Assembly: GCA_030390025.1 (NCBI GenBank)
Contig: CM059432.1
Coordinates: 147,686,001 to 147,750,000, forward strand
Source: Squalus acanthias
Lineage: Eukaryota
Length of the DNA stretch: 64,000 nt
Direction: 5' to 3'
The position numbers and the translations under genes were made by a program. The first letter of the stretch is position 1. Each line of letters starts with the position of its first letter. Positions 24,371 through 36,521 of the stretch are shown here, one piece after another. The notes beneath the pieces are model-generated. The model was given only the letters and a program-made list of their open reading frames with translations, ran no database searches and was not told the origin of the DNA.

Positions 24371-25060
24371 GGGTCAGAATTTACTCCGGCCTTCAGCTCA
24401 AAAAACTTTTGGCCACAAATTCAGGGAGGATGTTTCCCCTGGCTGGGGGGGTCGAGAACGAGGGGTCACAGCCTCAGGATACAGGGTAGGACATTTAGGA
24501 CTGAGATGAGGAGAAATTTCTTCACTCAGAGGGTGGTGAACCTGTGGAATTCTCTACCACAGAAGGCTGTGGAGGCCAAGTCACTGAATATGTTTAAGAA
24601 GGAGATAGATAGAGTTCTAGACTCAAAAGGCATCAAGGGATATGGGGAGAGAGCGGGAATATGGTATTGAGATAGAGGATCAGCCATGATCATATTGAAT
24701 GGCGGAGCAGGCTCGAAGGGCCGAGTGGCCTACACCTGCTCCTATTTTTCTATGTTTCTAAACTTGCTGAGAGTGCGAGCTGATAATGGCGCAGCGAGGG
24801 AAACGGGGGTATCTGTGACCTGCGTGAACAGGGCGTATCTTTAACCAATGAGATTTAAGGATTGGGAAATCCACACAGGAATGACTGAGAAGGAAGGTGA
24901 ATTAAACGGGTGAATTCAATGTCAAATCAGGTACAGAAAGAGAAATAAAGAGAGGGAACGAGAGACTGGATTAAGAGTGACAGAAAAAAAAGAGACAGAA
25001 AGGAAAAATAGTGTAAAAAAAATTAAAATTAAAAATTTGACATTTTTAAAATCTCCCCGA
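24371..25060. mobile_element. Truncated Harbinger-type MITE interrupted by CR1
   Basis: Starts with TIR-like gggtcagaattt; resumes after the CR1 at 24760; right TIR not evident. Confidence 0.45.
24409..24759 (+). mobile_element. HER1-like CR1 3' end
   Basis: gaggagaaatttcttcactcagagggtggtgaacctgtgg, ctatgtttcta tail; TSD aaactt. Confidence 0.9.
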
Positions 25061-25428
25061 CAAAAGTCTGTTTTCTAAGTGCTCACAGGTTCCATGGCCA
25101 CCCAGATGCTGATAAGTCAGTGGGAGAGAAATTGGCTAACCCCCAAAAATGGGCGTGGGGATCGCGGTACACGATTTACCCATGCCCGTTCATTGCGTTG
25201 CAGGTAACATAGTAAATTCATGCTGCCCGCTCTTTCAAATGATCGCTGCGTACAGCCAGCACTATCGGCACTGTTCATTGGCTGCACGCATCAGCAGGGG
25301 GGCCGATATCGTGAGTGGCCAACTCTACTTAAAGGCAGCCTGCACCTGTTAAAGGGGAGGTGCATTGTGGCTGCAAGAAGCGGTGGGGGTAATTTGAAAG
25401 CTGAATCTGTGCTCTGATACTTTGAGTA

Positions 25429-27453
25429 ATGGCTGACCATGTGAGCGAGCGAGCTCAAGGTTTTCAGATACTGCACTGGAGATGTTGGTGGAAAGAGGGA
25501 GAACTCCTGTATCCGCAGTGGGGCAGGGGGCCCTCCAGACATATGCCCAGGAGGATGTGGGAAGAAGTCGCAGTGGAGGTCAATGTAGGAGTGTTACTCC
25601 AAGAACATGGATGCAGTGCAGGAAGAAGTTTAACAATCTCACACGAGTTATCTAGGTCAGTGAGTACATTCTCAAATGGCAGATTCTACCAACTGCACCA
25701 CTAGCCTCATCTACTGCCCAATTCACTACACCCCATCACCCATCTACCAACAATCTCTATCAATCAGTACTCAACCCTTCAATTTATTATGTCTTTTGGT
25801 CTCTCCTGCCTTCCACCCTAACACAGACCTCCCCTTTTGTTCTTTCCTCGCCTCCCCCTTTTTCTGGCTCTGTACTTGCTTAAAACTTGTTACATCTCTA
25901 ACTTTTTCCTGTTCTCATGAAAGGTCATTAACCTGAAATGTTAACTTTATTTCTCTCTCCACAGATACTGCCTGACCTGCTGAGTATTCCTTCAGTTCAC
26001 ATGCTTTACCTACTCTCACATGCTTAGCACCCACAACTCACAGCTCGCACACACTGGCATTTATTCAACCATCACAGCCACGTCACCCAAACATGTTGCA
26101 GGACACTCACTGACACACTTCCCTCTTTCTTGCAGGAGAAGGTAGCACATAACAGCAGGTAGCAGCAAAGAACTGGAGGAGGACAAATGCACCTGCATGT
26201 TCTAACCCCCATGGAGGAGACGGTGTTGGCCATCATGGGAAGGGGTATCACTGAGGCTGCGGCCACAGGCAGGACTGGAGGAATCAATGATGAGGGCATC
26301 TGCATACCTAATCCTCCATCTCTCATCCCACTTCTCCATCATCCCACAATCTCTTCTGTCTTAGAAGCTGCATAACATGTAAGCACGCACTTCTTTATTT
26401 CTCCTCTCCCCTCACCACAACACAACCCTTGTCCCTCTTTCATTTCAGCTACCCAACAACTGGAGCCATCCCCGTCAGTGGAGTAAGAGGAGGAAGAGAG
26501 TGAAGATGAAGAGGCACCGTCACTCGATCTTACACTCGCAGCCACCAGCTCAGATACTGCGCGTATTTTAAAGGCAAAGAGAGAGGAGAGATCTGCACGT
26601 GGTGAGACAGCGGGCACAAGTGCACAGGAGTCATGGCAGGGGGAAAGGTAGAGCAGGTGCCAGCTCGTCAGAGGGCAAGGTTGCCCACTAGTTCTGCTGC
26701 AGAGGACTCAGATGAGGACTTCGGTGGGCCAGGTTACAGAAGAAGGCTGATGGGTGTACATAACCAAATGCTTGGTGCACTGGAAAGCCTGCCAGAAAGC
26801 CTGCGTTCTTGTCAAGGAACATGGAGGAGTCCAGAACCAATTTGGCACAGGGCTTTGCTCAGACCTTGGAGCCCATCCTTTCCAACTTAGAATGGGTGGT
26901 CACCTGCATCAGCATATCTGTGGAACCCACCATGATGTAGTGTCTGATGGCCGATGTCACAGCTTCCATTGCAGCACAAACAGCTTCCACCAAAGGTATG
27001 TGTGCTGCAATGGAAGCTCAGGAAGCTCAGACTGCTGCCATTATAGCTCTGGATGCCACGGTTCAAAGGGGCTTCCAAGGTGTCACAGCAGTCCATCAAT
27101 CTGTTCTCCAACAGATCAGTAGGTTTGCTTAGGTGCCACCCCGGGAGAGTGGCAGTGGTTCCATGGAGCCTGCTTTCTTCTCTCAGGGTGACAGAATTCC
27201 TGCTCCCACCCCTGCCACTCCGCGAGTACCCTTGCTGTTGCCTGTCTGCCAGCCAGCCCAGACTGCTGTAGCCCAGGCCAAAATGGTGCAGTCTGAAGCT
27301 GGGCCTTCTAGGCCATCTGCGGTCTCATCAATTGGAGGTCAGCAGCATTCCACCACCCATGCTGCAGCCACTGGGGAAGCACCTTGTAGTAGCACAGTGA
27401 GAGCCAAAGGCACATGGAAGACAGGCACTAAGGGAATGCACAAGGGTGATTAG
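25429..27453 (+). pseudogene. Harbinger Myb/SANT-like gene, 3 exons (25429-25655, from 26136, from ~26449)
   Basis: WEEVAVEVN..WMQCRKKFNNLTRV; exon 2 EKVAHN..TGGGQMHLHVLTPMEETVLAIMG; frameshifts and stops. Confidence 0.75.
25780..25990 (+). mobile_element. Penelope PLTR fragment in Harbinger intron
   Basis: Matches 29520-29720; degenerate hammerhead ctcatgaaaggtcattaacctgaaatgttaac. Confidence 0.75.
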
Positions 27454-27609
27454 ATTATTTTTTGTAAGCATTATGTCAAATTTGGATTGCAGTGTGCATT
27501 TTCTGGCAGTTTTCATTTTTGTGGTGTCGGAAAGAAGTCGATGTGATGTTCAGTGATAGAGATAAGGTAAGGAGTGTGGGGACTGTTGTTGAATGGGGAG
27601 GTTTGGTTG

Positions 27610-27728
27610 AGGTTACTGGTATCGCTCATTAATTATATCATCACATATAGCCCGGGCAGAAAGGGGCTGTCTACTTTGTAGCCTCCCTTCCGCTTCCTCC
27701 ACTTCCTGTTAGACTTCCTCCTCTTCCA

Positions 27729-27759
<31 letters not shown>

Positions 27760-28174
27760 ATGCTCCTCAGCTTCTTGCCCGAGAGGTGGTGGCAAGGGCT
27801 GTTCCCTCATAATGGCCAGGTTGTGCAGCATGCAGCATTCCACCAAAAATCTTGATACCCGCTCAGCAGTAGAAGCGTTGCTCTCATTGTAGGCCTGCTG
27901 TGTACGTGTGCATGGTTTCCGGACCGGAGCCATGAGCCATGCCATGAGTGGATAACTCTTGTCGCCCAGTAGCCAGCCTGTGACTTGCTGTGGTGGTTCA
28001 AATACAGGTGGCACAACGGACTGCCACAGAATGATGGAATCGTGACTACTGCCAGGATACCGGGCATTGACCTGCATGATGTGCTGCCTGTGGTCACACA
28101 CCAGCTGCACATTGAGGGAGTGGAATCCCTTTCGATTCATGAAAATGGCAGAGTTCTAATGAGGCACACGCATG
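27610..28174 (-). pseudogene. HARBI1-like DDE transposase C-terminal remnant
   Basis: [50 protein letters not shown] + poly-Glu; internal deletion removes the catalytic-E region. Confidence 0.85.
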
Positions 28175-29741
28175 GGTCCTAGCTATGCCTGCCTTTTTGT
28201 GGGATATGTGGAACATTCTTTGTTCCAGTCCTACTCAGGTCCCCTCCCTCACCTCTTTTTCCGGTACATTGATGACTGTATCGGTGCCGTTTCCTACTCT
28301 CGCCCTGAACTAGATAATTTCATTCACTTTGCTTCCAATTTCCACCCTTCCCTCACCTTCACATGGTCCATCTCCGACTCTTCCCTTCCCTTCCTCGACT
28401 TCTCCGTCGCCATCTCTGGGGATAGGTTATTGACAAACATTCACTACAAGCCCACTGACTCCCACAGCTACCTGGACTACACTTCCTCCCACCCCGCTTC
28501 CTGTAAGGACTCTATTCCATTCTCCCAGTTTCTCCATCTCCGCCGCATCTGCTCTGACGATGCCACCTTCCATACCAGTGCTTCCGACATGTCTTCCTTT
28601 TTCCTCAACCGAGGATTCCCCTCTACTGTGGTTGACACGGCCCTTGACCGTGTCCGTTCTATCTCCCGTACTTCTGCCCTCATCCCTGCCCCTCCCACCC
28701 AGAACCACGATAGAGTCCCCTTGTCCTCACCTTTCACCCCACCAGCCTCCACATTCAACGGATCATCCTCCGCCATTTCCGCCACATCCAGCATGATCCC
28801 ACCACCAAACGCATCTTCCCCTCACCTCCCCTTTCAGCATTCCGAAGGGACCGCTCCCTCCGCGACACCCTGGTCCACTCCTCTATCACCCCCAACACCC
28901 CTTCCCCTTCGCCCGGCACCTTCCCGTGCAAGCGCAGGAGATGCAACACCTGCCCTTTTACCTCCCCGCTTCCCACCGTCCAGGGCCCCAAACACCCCTT
29001 CCAGGTGAAACAGCGATTGACTTGTACTTCTTGCAATTTAGTATACTGTATTCGCTGCTCACGATGCGGTCTCCTCTACATTGGGGAGACCAAACGCAGA
29101 TTGGGTGACCGCTTTGCGGAACACCTCCGTTCAGTCCGTAAGGGGGACCCCAAACTTCCGGTGGCCTGTCACTTTAATTCTCCACTCCATTCCCACTCAG
29201 ACCTCACCGTCCTCGGCCTCTTGCACTGTTCCACTGAAGCTCAGCGTAAGCTCGAGGAACAGCACCTCATCTTTCGATTAGGCACTTTACAGCCTTCTGG
29301 ACTCAACATAGAGTTCAACAATTTCAGATCATAACCTCGGCCCCTCCCACATATATATATATATTTTTTATCCACACTTTTTGTCTGTCTTTTGTTCTTC
29401 TCTCCCACATGGCAGCTGTCTTTCATTCTGCCAGCGCAATTCACACTTCATCTCGAGCCATCCTTTGTTTCTTAACCTGTCCCATTACCATCTCCTCTTG
29501 CCTTGAATATCTCTTAATGTCTCTTAATCTCTCCTGCCTTCCATCCTATCACAGACCTTCCCTTTTGTTCTTTCATCCCCTCCCCCCTTTCCCAGCCCCG
29601 ACACTTGCTTAAAAATCTGTTCCATTTCCTGCTTTTTTCCAGTTCTGACGAAGGGTCATCGACCTGAAACGTTAACTCTGTTTCTCGCTTCACAGATGCT
29701 GCCTGACCTGCTGAGTATCTCCAGCATTTTCTGTTTTTATT
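28163..29741 (+). mobile_element. 5'-truncated Penelope-like retroelement (RT C-half, GIY-YIG endonuclease, PLTR)
   Basis: GTRMGPSYACLFVGYVE..FFRYIDDCIG..LPFLD..YKPTDSHSYL; NLVYCIRCSRCGLLYIGETKRRLGDRFAEH..LQPSGLN; frameshift at ~28720. Confidence 0.93.
29639..29680 (+). ncRNA. Minimal hammerhead ribozyme motif in Penelope PLTR
   Basis: AGUU-CUGACGA-A-GGGUC-auc-GACCU-GAAA-CG-UU-AACU. Confidence 0.75.
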
Positions 29742-29832
29742 TTAATGTTTTATACAGTTCTAGCATAACCTCTCCACATGTTTATCTTAGCTGGGCTGGC
29801 TCTGTTTGTTGCTTTAGGAGGTGGAAGAGAGT

Positions 29833-30392
29833 GAAATAGAAACAGAAAATGCTGGAAATACTCAGCAGGTCAGGCAGCATCTGTGGAGAGAGGAACAGAG
29901 TTAACGTTTCAGGTCGATGACCCTTCGTCAGAACTGGAAAAATGTTGGAGATGGAACAGGATTTTAAGCAAGTGTCGGGAGGGAGAGGGGGGAGGGGAGG
30001 AAAGAACAAAAGGGAAGGTCTGTGATAGGATGGAAGGCAGGAGAGATTAAGAGACAAAAGGGATGATGGTGCAAGGCAAAAGGAGATGGTAATGGGACAA
30101 GTTAAGAAACAAAAGATGACTCTAGATGAAGTGTAAATGGCGATGGCAGAATGATCAACAGCTGCCATGTGAGAGAAAAAAAATTTAAATAAAAAAAATA
30201 GGGGTGGAGGTTATGGTCTGAAATTGTTGAACTCGATGTTGAGTCCAGAAGGCTGTAAAGTGCCTAATCGAAAGATGAGGTGCTGTTCCTCGAGCTTACG
30301 TTGAGCTTCCTTGGAACAGTGTAAGAGGCCGAAGACAGTGAGGTCTGAGTGGGAGTGGAGCGGAGAATTAAAGTGACAGGCGATCGGAAGCT
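29833..30392 (-). mobile_element. Penelope 3' fragment, inverted relative to 28163-29741
   Basis: KLPIACHFNSPLHSHSDLTVFGLLHC..LNIEFNNFR plus PLTR on the minus strand. Confidence 0.9.
29896..29937 (-). ncRNA. Minimal hammerhead ribozyme motif
   Basis: Exact reverse complement of 29639-29680. Confidence 0.75.
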
Positions 30393-31023
30393 TGGTGGAA
30401 GGGAGTGGCCTGGGACGAGTTATCCACAAATTTCTCTTCCTGAATGTGGCAGGGCCTGACCATGCCTGGTGTTTTGTTCCGGAAGCACAGCTGAGAGTGA
30501 GTATCAAAATGGTTCAGCGTTGCAGCAATCTCTATCTTCAATGGAGAGTAAAATCGGGTGGGGTGGAAAACCAGTCTTGCACCCAATCTCGCCAGTTCTC
30601 GATGGATGGGTTAAGTTAAAATTGCCCCAACAAATTTTTAAACTTACCGTCATGCCTATTTTATGACTAATGTTAAACAGCAGCCTTGCAATCACTTCTT
30701 CTGCCTCCCATTAAGTAAGCAAATCATTAGTTCCTGGTATAGGTGAGAGGTGGGAGGAAATTAATCTTATAGGCACTTGAGCACAATTTACAGTGGTGAC
30801 TTAATACACCTCATAATAGCAATAAGACTGGAAGCTATTTAGTGCCTTTGATTCTTCATGGTTAGAAAATAATGAGCTAATTATGCCAGTTTCCCAATAT
30901 GCATTCCTAGAGGGCAAGGCAGTGATGGGTGTCTGCAATTGGACAGCACACCCTTCAAACGTTCTCCTTTTATTTAAACAAAATATTGGAAACAATGCTT
31001 TAAACCAAAGATATTATTAGCTC

Positions 31024-31379
31024 ATTCTGCCATTGCCATTTACACTTCATCTAGAGTCATCTTTTGTTTCTTAACTTGTCCCATTACCATCTCCTTTTGC
31101 CTTGCACCATCATCCCTTCTGTCTCTTAATCTCTCCTGCCTTCCACCCTATCACAGACCTTCCCTTTTGTTCTTTCCTCCCCTCCCCCCTCTCCCTGCCC
31201 CTGCACTTGCTTAAAAACCTGTTCCATCTCCAGCTTTTTCCAGTTCTGACGAAGGGTCATCGACCTGAAACGTTAACTCTGTTTCTCTCTCCGCGGATGC
31301 TGCCTGACCTGCTGAGCATTTCCAGCATTTTCTGTTTTTTACTTCAGATTTCCAGCATCTGCAGTATTTTGCTTTTGCA
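31024..31379 (+). mobile_element. Solo Penelope PLTR insertion
   Basis: 13-bp TSD atattattagctc (31011-31023, 31380-31392); matches 29425-29740. Confidence 0.9.
31240..31281 (+). ncRNA. Minimal hammerhead ribozyme motif
   Basis: Identical to 29639-29680. Confidence 0.75.
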
Positions 31380-31783
31380 ATATTATTAGCTCTGCTTGAC
31401 TCGATGTAAAATGAGGTAGGAAATTCAAGAAAAGGTGAGATTCAATATTGACAGCCATTTATCAATAGAACATTATTTTTAGACACCTGCTCATGTTACC
31501 TAAATAAATGATTAATTTACACATCGTGTCAACTTATGTCACTTTCTTTTCCAAATGTCTAATTAGAATGTGATTCAGAGAATAGAACACGTAAGCAACA
31601 AAAACAGAACTGAAAACACTTCAGGATCCGACTAAATCATTGGTTTTTGCCTCACCAACTGCGACAAACTCCAACCTGCAAGCTGTGTCTGAGTCACTTT
31701 CAGAAAAACCGAGTAACCAACAAATAGAATGACAACTCCTCCTGGAGTTAAACCCGCCAAAGGTCACCTGGGTCACATGTTAT

Positions 31784-32448
31784 GGGGGAAAAATTGAGTC
31801 GCGCCCCCTTTGGGGCACTAACTTTGCCGGGGCGCTACCCAAGGCTGAAATTCATCGGTAGCGCCCCAAGAGGGAAGCGGGGCACTACTGGAAGCGCCTC
31901 GCCTCCCTCTTGGGGCACTGCGAGTGAATATCGCGGCGCTACGTGCCGCAGTACTGCAGGCCTTCCTCTCCTTCTTAAAGGGGAGGGGCCTTGCGCAGAG
32001 CGACCCGGGGCCCAGCTGGGCCACCAGGGATTGGAGTGCCGGCAAAAGAGCCCGGCATTCAAGAGAAGTGCCGGGCTCACGGAGCGCAGCCGGCACTCCG
32101 CGGGGGGGGGCTTCAGAGGAGGCCGGGGACGGCAATGGGGGCAGGTGCTGGCAGGCAGGCCAGCAACAAGAATGGCCGCCCGGCACCTCGCCTTTAATTA
32201 GCGCCACCCCAGCCGCAGGTAGACCCCCCTGACCCCGTCGGACATAGTGTCCGGCGGTAAGTCAGGGGGCGCGACCGAAGATTGCGGCCGGGGTGTGAGT
32301 GGCAATGACGGCGCTAACGGTTACCACCGCCGCTAACCTCCCGCAGAATTTCGCAGGAGGTGTTGGCGGTGCCGCGCCCGGGCGCTAGTTGCTTTGCGCC
32401 CCGTTAGCGCCCTCTTAGGGAGGCGCAAAGCAACCGAATTTTTCCCCC
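31784..32448. mobile_element. CpG-rich Tourist/Harbinger MITE, inverted relative of 23002-23710
   Basis: TIR gggggaaaaatt...aatttttccccc; flanks TAT/TTT. Confidence 0.9.
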
Positions 32449-32844
32449 TTTATGTTTGGCTCCTGCACAGAAACTCTAAATCGGAACTTTATTGATTGGC
32501 CCTTGAGAAAACTGTTAGAAAATCAGATTTAACATGAAATTATGGATATGAAAGTAAATTAGATTTAGGATGAAGATAATGAGACAGGCTAGCTTTATTT
32601 TGTATACATGTATGTTTAATATAGAGACATTAAATTAAAACACAGCGTCCTGTAAACTTTTCAATTGTAACTGATCTTGTGGTAATTATCCCTTTGATAA
32701 AAAACAGACAATGTGCTGACATAACAATCTTCTAATGGGATTAGCTTAGAAGATGGTGTGGGCGTAGACGGAATGGCACCTTGAAGGCTATTTGTCTTCC
32801 CAGTGAGATGCAGAGGAACAGGAGGCTGTGACATCTTTATAATG

Positions 32845-32958
32845 AAGAAGGAGCAGAGCTCCGAAAGCGCGTAATTTTAAATAAAACTGTTGGACTATAA
32901 CCTGGTGTTATGCGACTTCTCATTTTTGTCCACCCCAGTCCAACACCGGCATCTCATG
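32845..32958 (+). mobile_element. Monomeric copy of the hammerhead-bearing 5944-6064 repeat
   Basis: gaaggagcagagctccgaaagc..ggactataacctggtgtt..ccccagtccaacaccggcatctc; TSD atctttat(a/g)atg. Confidence 0.85.
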
Positions 32959-33194
32959 ATCTTTATGATGGTTAGATGCCTGCAAGCTCTATGTAACAGA
33001 AAGAAGTATATAAATCAGACAGAAACATCATTCTGCTATCTATGAGGCCATGTGACGATCAAGTTAAGGATTGCTAGCTCCAACACCCGGTTGTGGGAAG
33101 GTAGCTTGTTTGTGTAAACAGCTCCGTAGAAAGGCAACTTTTGCAAGGTTCCTGCTGCTAAAAGAATGTCTAGTTTGATAAAAAAATGAAAAAA

Positions 33195-33662
33195 AAGAAA
33201 GACTTGCATTTCTATAGCGCCTTTCACGACCACCGGACATCTCAAAGCGCTTTACAGCCAATGAAGTACCTTTGAAGTGTAGTCATTGTTGTAATGTGGG
33301 AAATGCGGCAGTCAATTTGGGCACAGCAAGCTCCCACAAACAGCAATGTGATAATGACCAGATAAACTGTTTTTGTTATGTTGATTGAGGGATAGACATA
33401 GGCCCCAGGACACCGGGGAGAACTCCCCCCTGCTCCCCTTTCGAAATATGTCCATGGGATCTTTTACCTCCACCTGAGAGAGCAGACGGAGCCTCGGTTT
33501 AACGTCTCATCCGAAAGACGGCACCTCCGACAGTGCAGCACTCCCCTCAGCTTTGCATTGGAGTGTCAACCTAGCTTTATGTGCTCAAGTCCCTAGAGTG
33601 GGACTTGAACCCACAACCTTCTGGCTCAGAGGCGAGTGTGCTGCCCACTGAGCCACAGCTGA
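33195..33662 (-). mobile_element. Full-length SacSINE1-like SINE
   Basis: Reverse complement of 16878-17349. Confidence 0.9.
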
Positions 33663-33817
33663 TAAGAGAAAGACACCCTCACAGTGTGCGAGAAGGCATT
33701 TGTTGGTTCATTAATCCTCATATGTTTTATTCGGTAACTGTCTTTCAGCTGAATGATCTGCTTGTCAGATGTAACAAGAGTCACTTAGCTTGTACTTTAC
33801 AGGCTTTAAAATATAGA

Positions 33818-34002
33818 GGCCGAGAAATTCGACTTGGGAGGTGCCGCGAAACGGGCGGTATCGGACCGGCCGCCCGTTCTATGCACAGCCTGTTCGGTTC
33901 CATTTGCTGCGATGGAAGTAAACATCAGGCGCAGCGTAGAACGGGCGGCCGATCCTACACCGCCCGTTTTGCGGCACTGTCTCCAAGACGAATTTCTGGG
34001 CC
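33818..34002. mobile_element. 185-bp palindromic Harbinger-type MITE
   Basis: TIR ggccgagaaattcg...cgaatttctgggcc, TSD AGA; arms pair over most of the length. Confidence 0.88.
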
Positions 34003-34108
34003 AGAGACACTTTGCAGCTTAGTCTGAGAGCGCCCCAGGAAAAAAAAAGCTGACAGCTCCAGCGAAGGTCGAGCATCTTCTGGCGCCTCCCAGAGTTGGT
34101 AACTATAC

Positions 34109-35121
34109 GGGGGCAATTTTCATCGAATATCTTAGGTGCTAAAGAGCCTCTGAGATGGCCACGATGGGGTTTTAAGCTGAAACACTGGTAAAACAGTTGA
34201 AGCCAGCACTAGGAACGGCCGCCCGGAAGCTCGTTAGACGGCTGCTCGCCACTTAAAATGGCTGTTCGCACTCATTAAAGAGACTGCACTGCGTTTAGGT
34301 GGCGAGTGCTTCAACTAACGCCCTCTCCTAATAGTGACCAGCAGTTTGGGAGTAAACACAGTGTACATGTCAATTTCAAACACTACTTAAAGGGATACTC
34401 ATCATTTCATGTTCATTGCTGCTGGAGCTGTGAAGAGGACCTCTGGAACACATCGGGAGACTTTCTGGGACACTTTGTCAAGACTTCACTAACACTCGAG
34501 CGACATTAATTCTGGAAATTCTCTGAGGACTTGACCTAAAAAGAGTATTTGCTGTTCTACTCCACCTTATAGGAGTCACCAATAGATAGGGAGTGCTTGG
34601 TCATGGGCATCCTGTGAGGGGTCCCCCTTGGTCTGGACGAGGAATGGGAGGAGGACATGAGGCCAGGCAGAGCAGCAACCAGCTGCTGCAGGAGAGAGGG
34701 ACAGGAAGGTGAAGAGGGCGAGGTGAACTCCTTCCCCCCCTGCGAATACAGGACATCCATCCCTCCTCTGGACCTCCTCCACCAGGACCTCCAGTGCCCC
34801 GTCCGAGAACCTGTGTGCCCTCTCCCTCGCTCCCTGAGCCATCTGCAATGTGCCGCTGTGAGCCAGCCAGAGTACTCTGCACCTTCAGTGAAAGTGGGTG
34901 TGAGGAAGCCACATATACTGCTGCATGAAAATTGCATCTATCAGCACTTGAGAGCTAAACCCTGCAGGTTTCTGGCTTAGCCCCTCCAGGCAAGTTCAAA
35001 TTATGGTAATCAGCAGTTAGGACCAAAATTGCGTGCTAAATCCAGATGTTCAAACAGGCGTGTCTTATTAGCACAGCACCCATTTAGCACCTGTTTTCAT
35101 CCTTTGGCCAAAATAACCCCC
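34109..35121. mobile_element. Internally deleted Harbinger with Myb N-terminus (minus strand)
   Basis: TIR gggggcaatttt...aaaataaccccc; flanks TAC/TAA; MAQGARERAHRFSDGALEVLVEEVQRR. Confidence 0.75.
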
Positions 35122-35776
35122 TAAGTCTGTTAATTTACGGACACAGCTTGTTAGGTGAAAAATCTTGCTAAATATAACTATATAATTGTATGAATATTAC
35201 AATAAGTGTTCCTTTGTAGAATCTCTTACATGATGAATAGTTTGCACTCATATAGGATATGAGTTGTATTATTGTAGAATCAACATATTAAAAATATTTC
35301 ACTGAATGTCTCGAATTAAACTAGAAATCAGCATAAAAGTTAACAAAGCAAAAAGCTGGGTCACTGAGAATAGCTGTTACACAGATGCCTCAAACACACA
35401 GCGGGCCAATCTTTTGCCAAGCTATAAAGGTTGTCAGCTGATTATATTTGCCTAGCAAATATATTTCTTTGTCATATCTCCATCCCGGACAATACAATAG
35501 TTTGTACAGTGTTTTATGTGGTTCATTGCTTCTCCCAATCTTTAGTATCTGTTGCTGATACCATACAAAGTACAGTAGAAGACAGAAATGCTAGTTTAAA
35601 GCTTGTGAAGGGAATAAGTTGTGCATACTGTGAAATGTGTCACTTGAGGGGATGTTGTTACCAGATATGAATATGTGCTACATGCTTACTGGTACTTTTT
35701 AGAGGCTATTAAGTTAAAAACATGAGATAAGGTCATTTGAGTCCTCTCCCTCCACAAACCATGGGCAGTCTGCTCT

Positions 35777-36143
35777 AGTGCAGAGCTGAGGGAGTGCTGC
35801 ACTGTCGGAGGTGCCGTCTTTCGGATGAGACGTTAAACCGAGGCCCCGTCTGCTCTCTCAGGTGGACGTAAAAGATCCCATGGCACTATTTCGAAGAAGA
35901 GCAGGGGAGTTATCCCCAGTGTCCTGGGGCCAATACTTATCCCTCAACCAACATAACAATATAAACAGATTATCTGGTCATTATCACATTGCTGTTTGTG
36001 GGAGCTTGCTGTGCGCAAATTGGCTGCCGCGTTTCCTACATTACAACAGTGACTACACTTCAAAAAGTACTTCATTGGCTGTAAAGTGCTCTGAGATGTC
36101 CGGTGGTCGTGAAAGGCGCTATATAATTGCAAGTCTTTCTTTC
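35777..36143 (+). mobile_element. 5'-truncated SacSINE1-like SINE
   Basis: Matches 16983-17349. Confidence 0.9.
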
Positions 36144-36521
36144 TAACATGAGCTGGACTCCACTTAATTCATCTCTCTCCTCAATCCAAAGTCAACGAAG
36201 CAAAGAGTCCAGAATACATTTTGTGGCCTGAGAAACGCCCTTGCTAAATTCTGTACAGGTAAAAAGAAAACAAAACATTTCAAATAATGAACTTCTAAAA
36301 TGTTTAAAATGTTCTGGAAACACACAGCAGTTCAATCAGTATCTGAAAAGAGAAAAGATTGGTTAATGTTTCGGTGGTGGGGGGTGGGGGGTGGGGGGTT
36401 GGGGAAGACCCATTGTGATGAAAACTCTCCATTAACCTTTTTTGGATGCTGACAGCCTTGCTTGGTGTAATCTTTCAAGAACCCACCCGCTGGCACTCAA
36501 TCAGAGAATAATGGAATCATC

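Larger units (their letters stand above)
25122..28174. mobile_element. Decayed autonomous-type Harbinger (convergent Myb/SANT and transposase genes), truncated by Penelope
   Basis: TIR-like gggagagaaatt; Myb gene on +, HARBI1-like gene on -. Confidence 0.85.

Noticed and set aside
27610..28174. Host HARBI1 or MSANTD gene
   Set aside because: Multiple degenerate copies within TIR-bounded elements with stops and deletions indicate transposon relics, not domesticated genes
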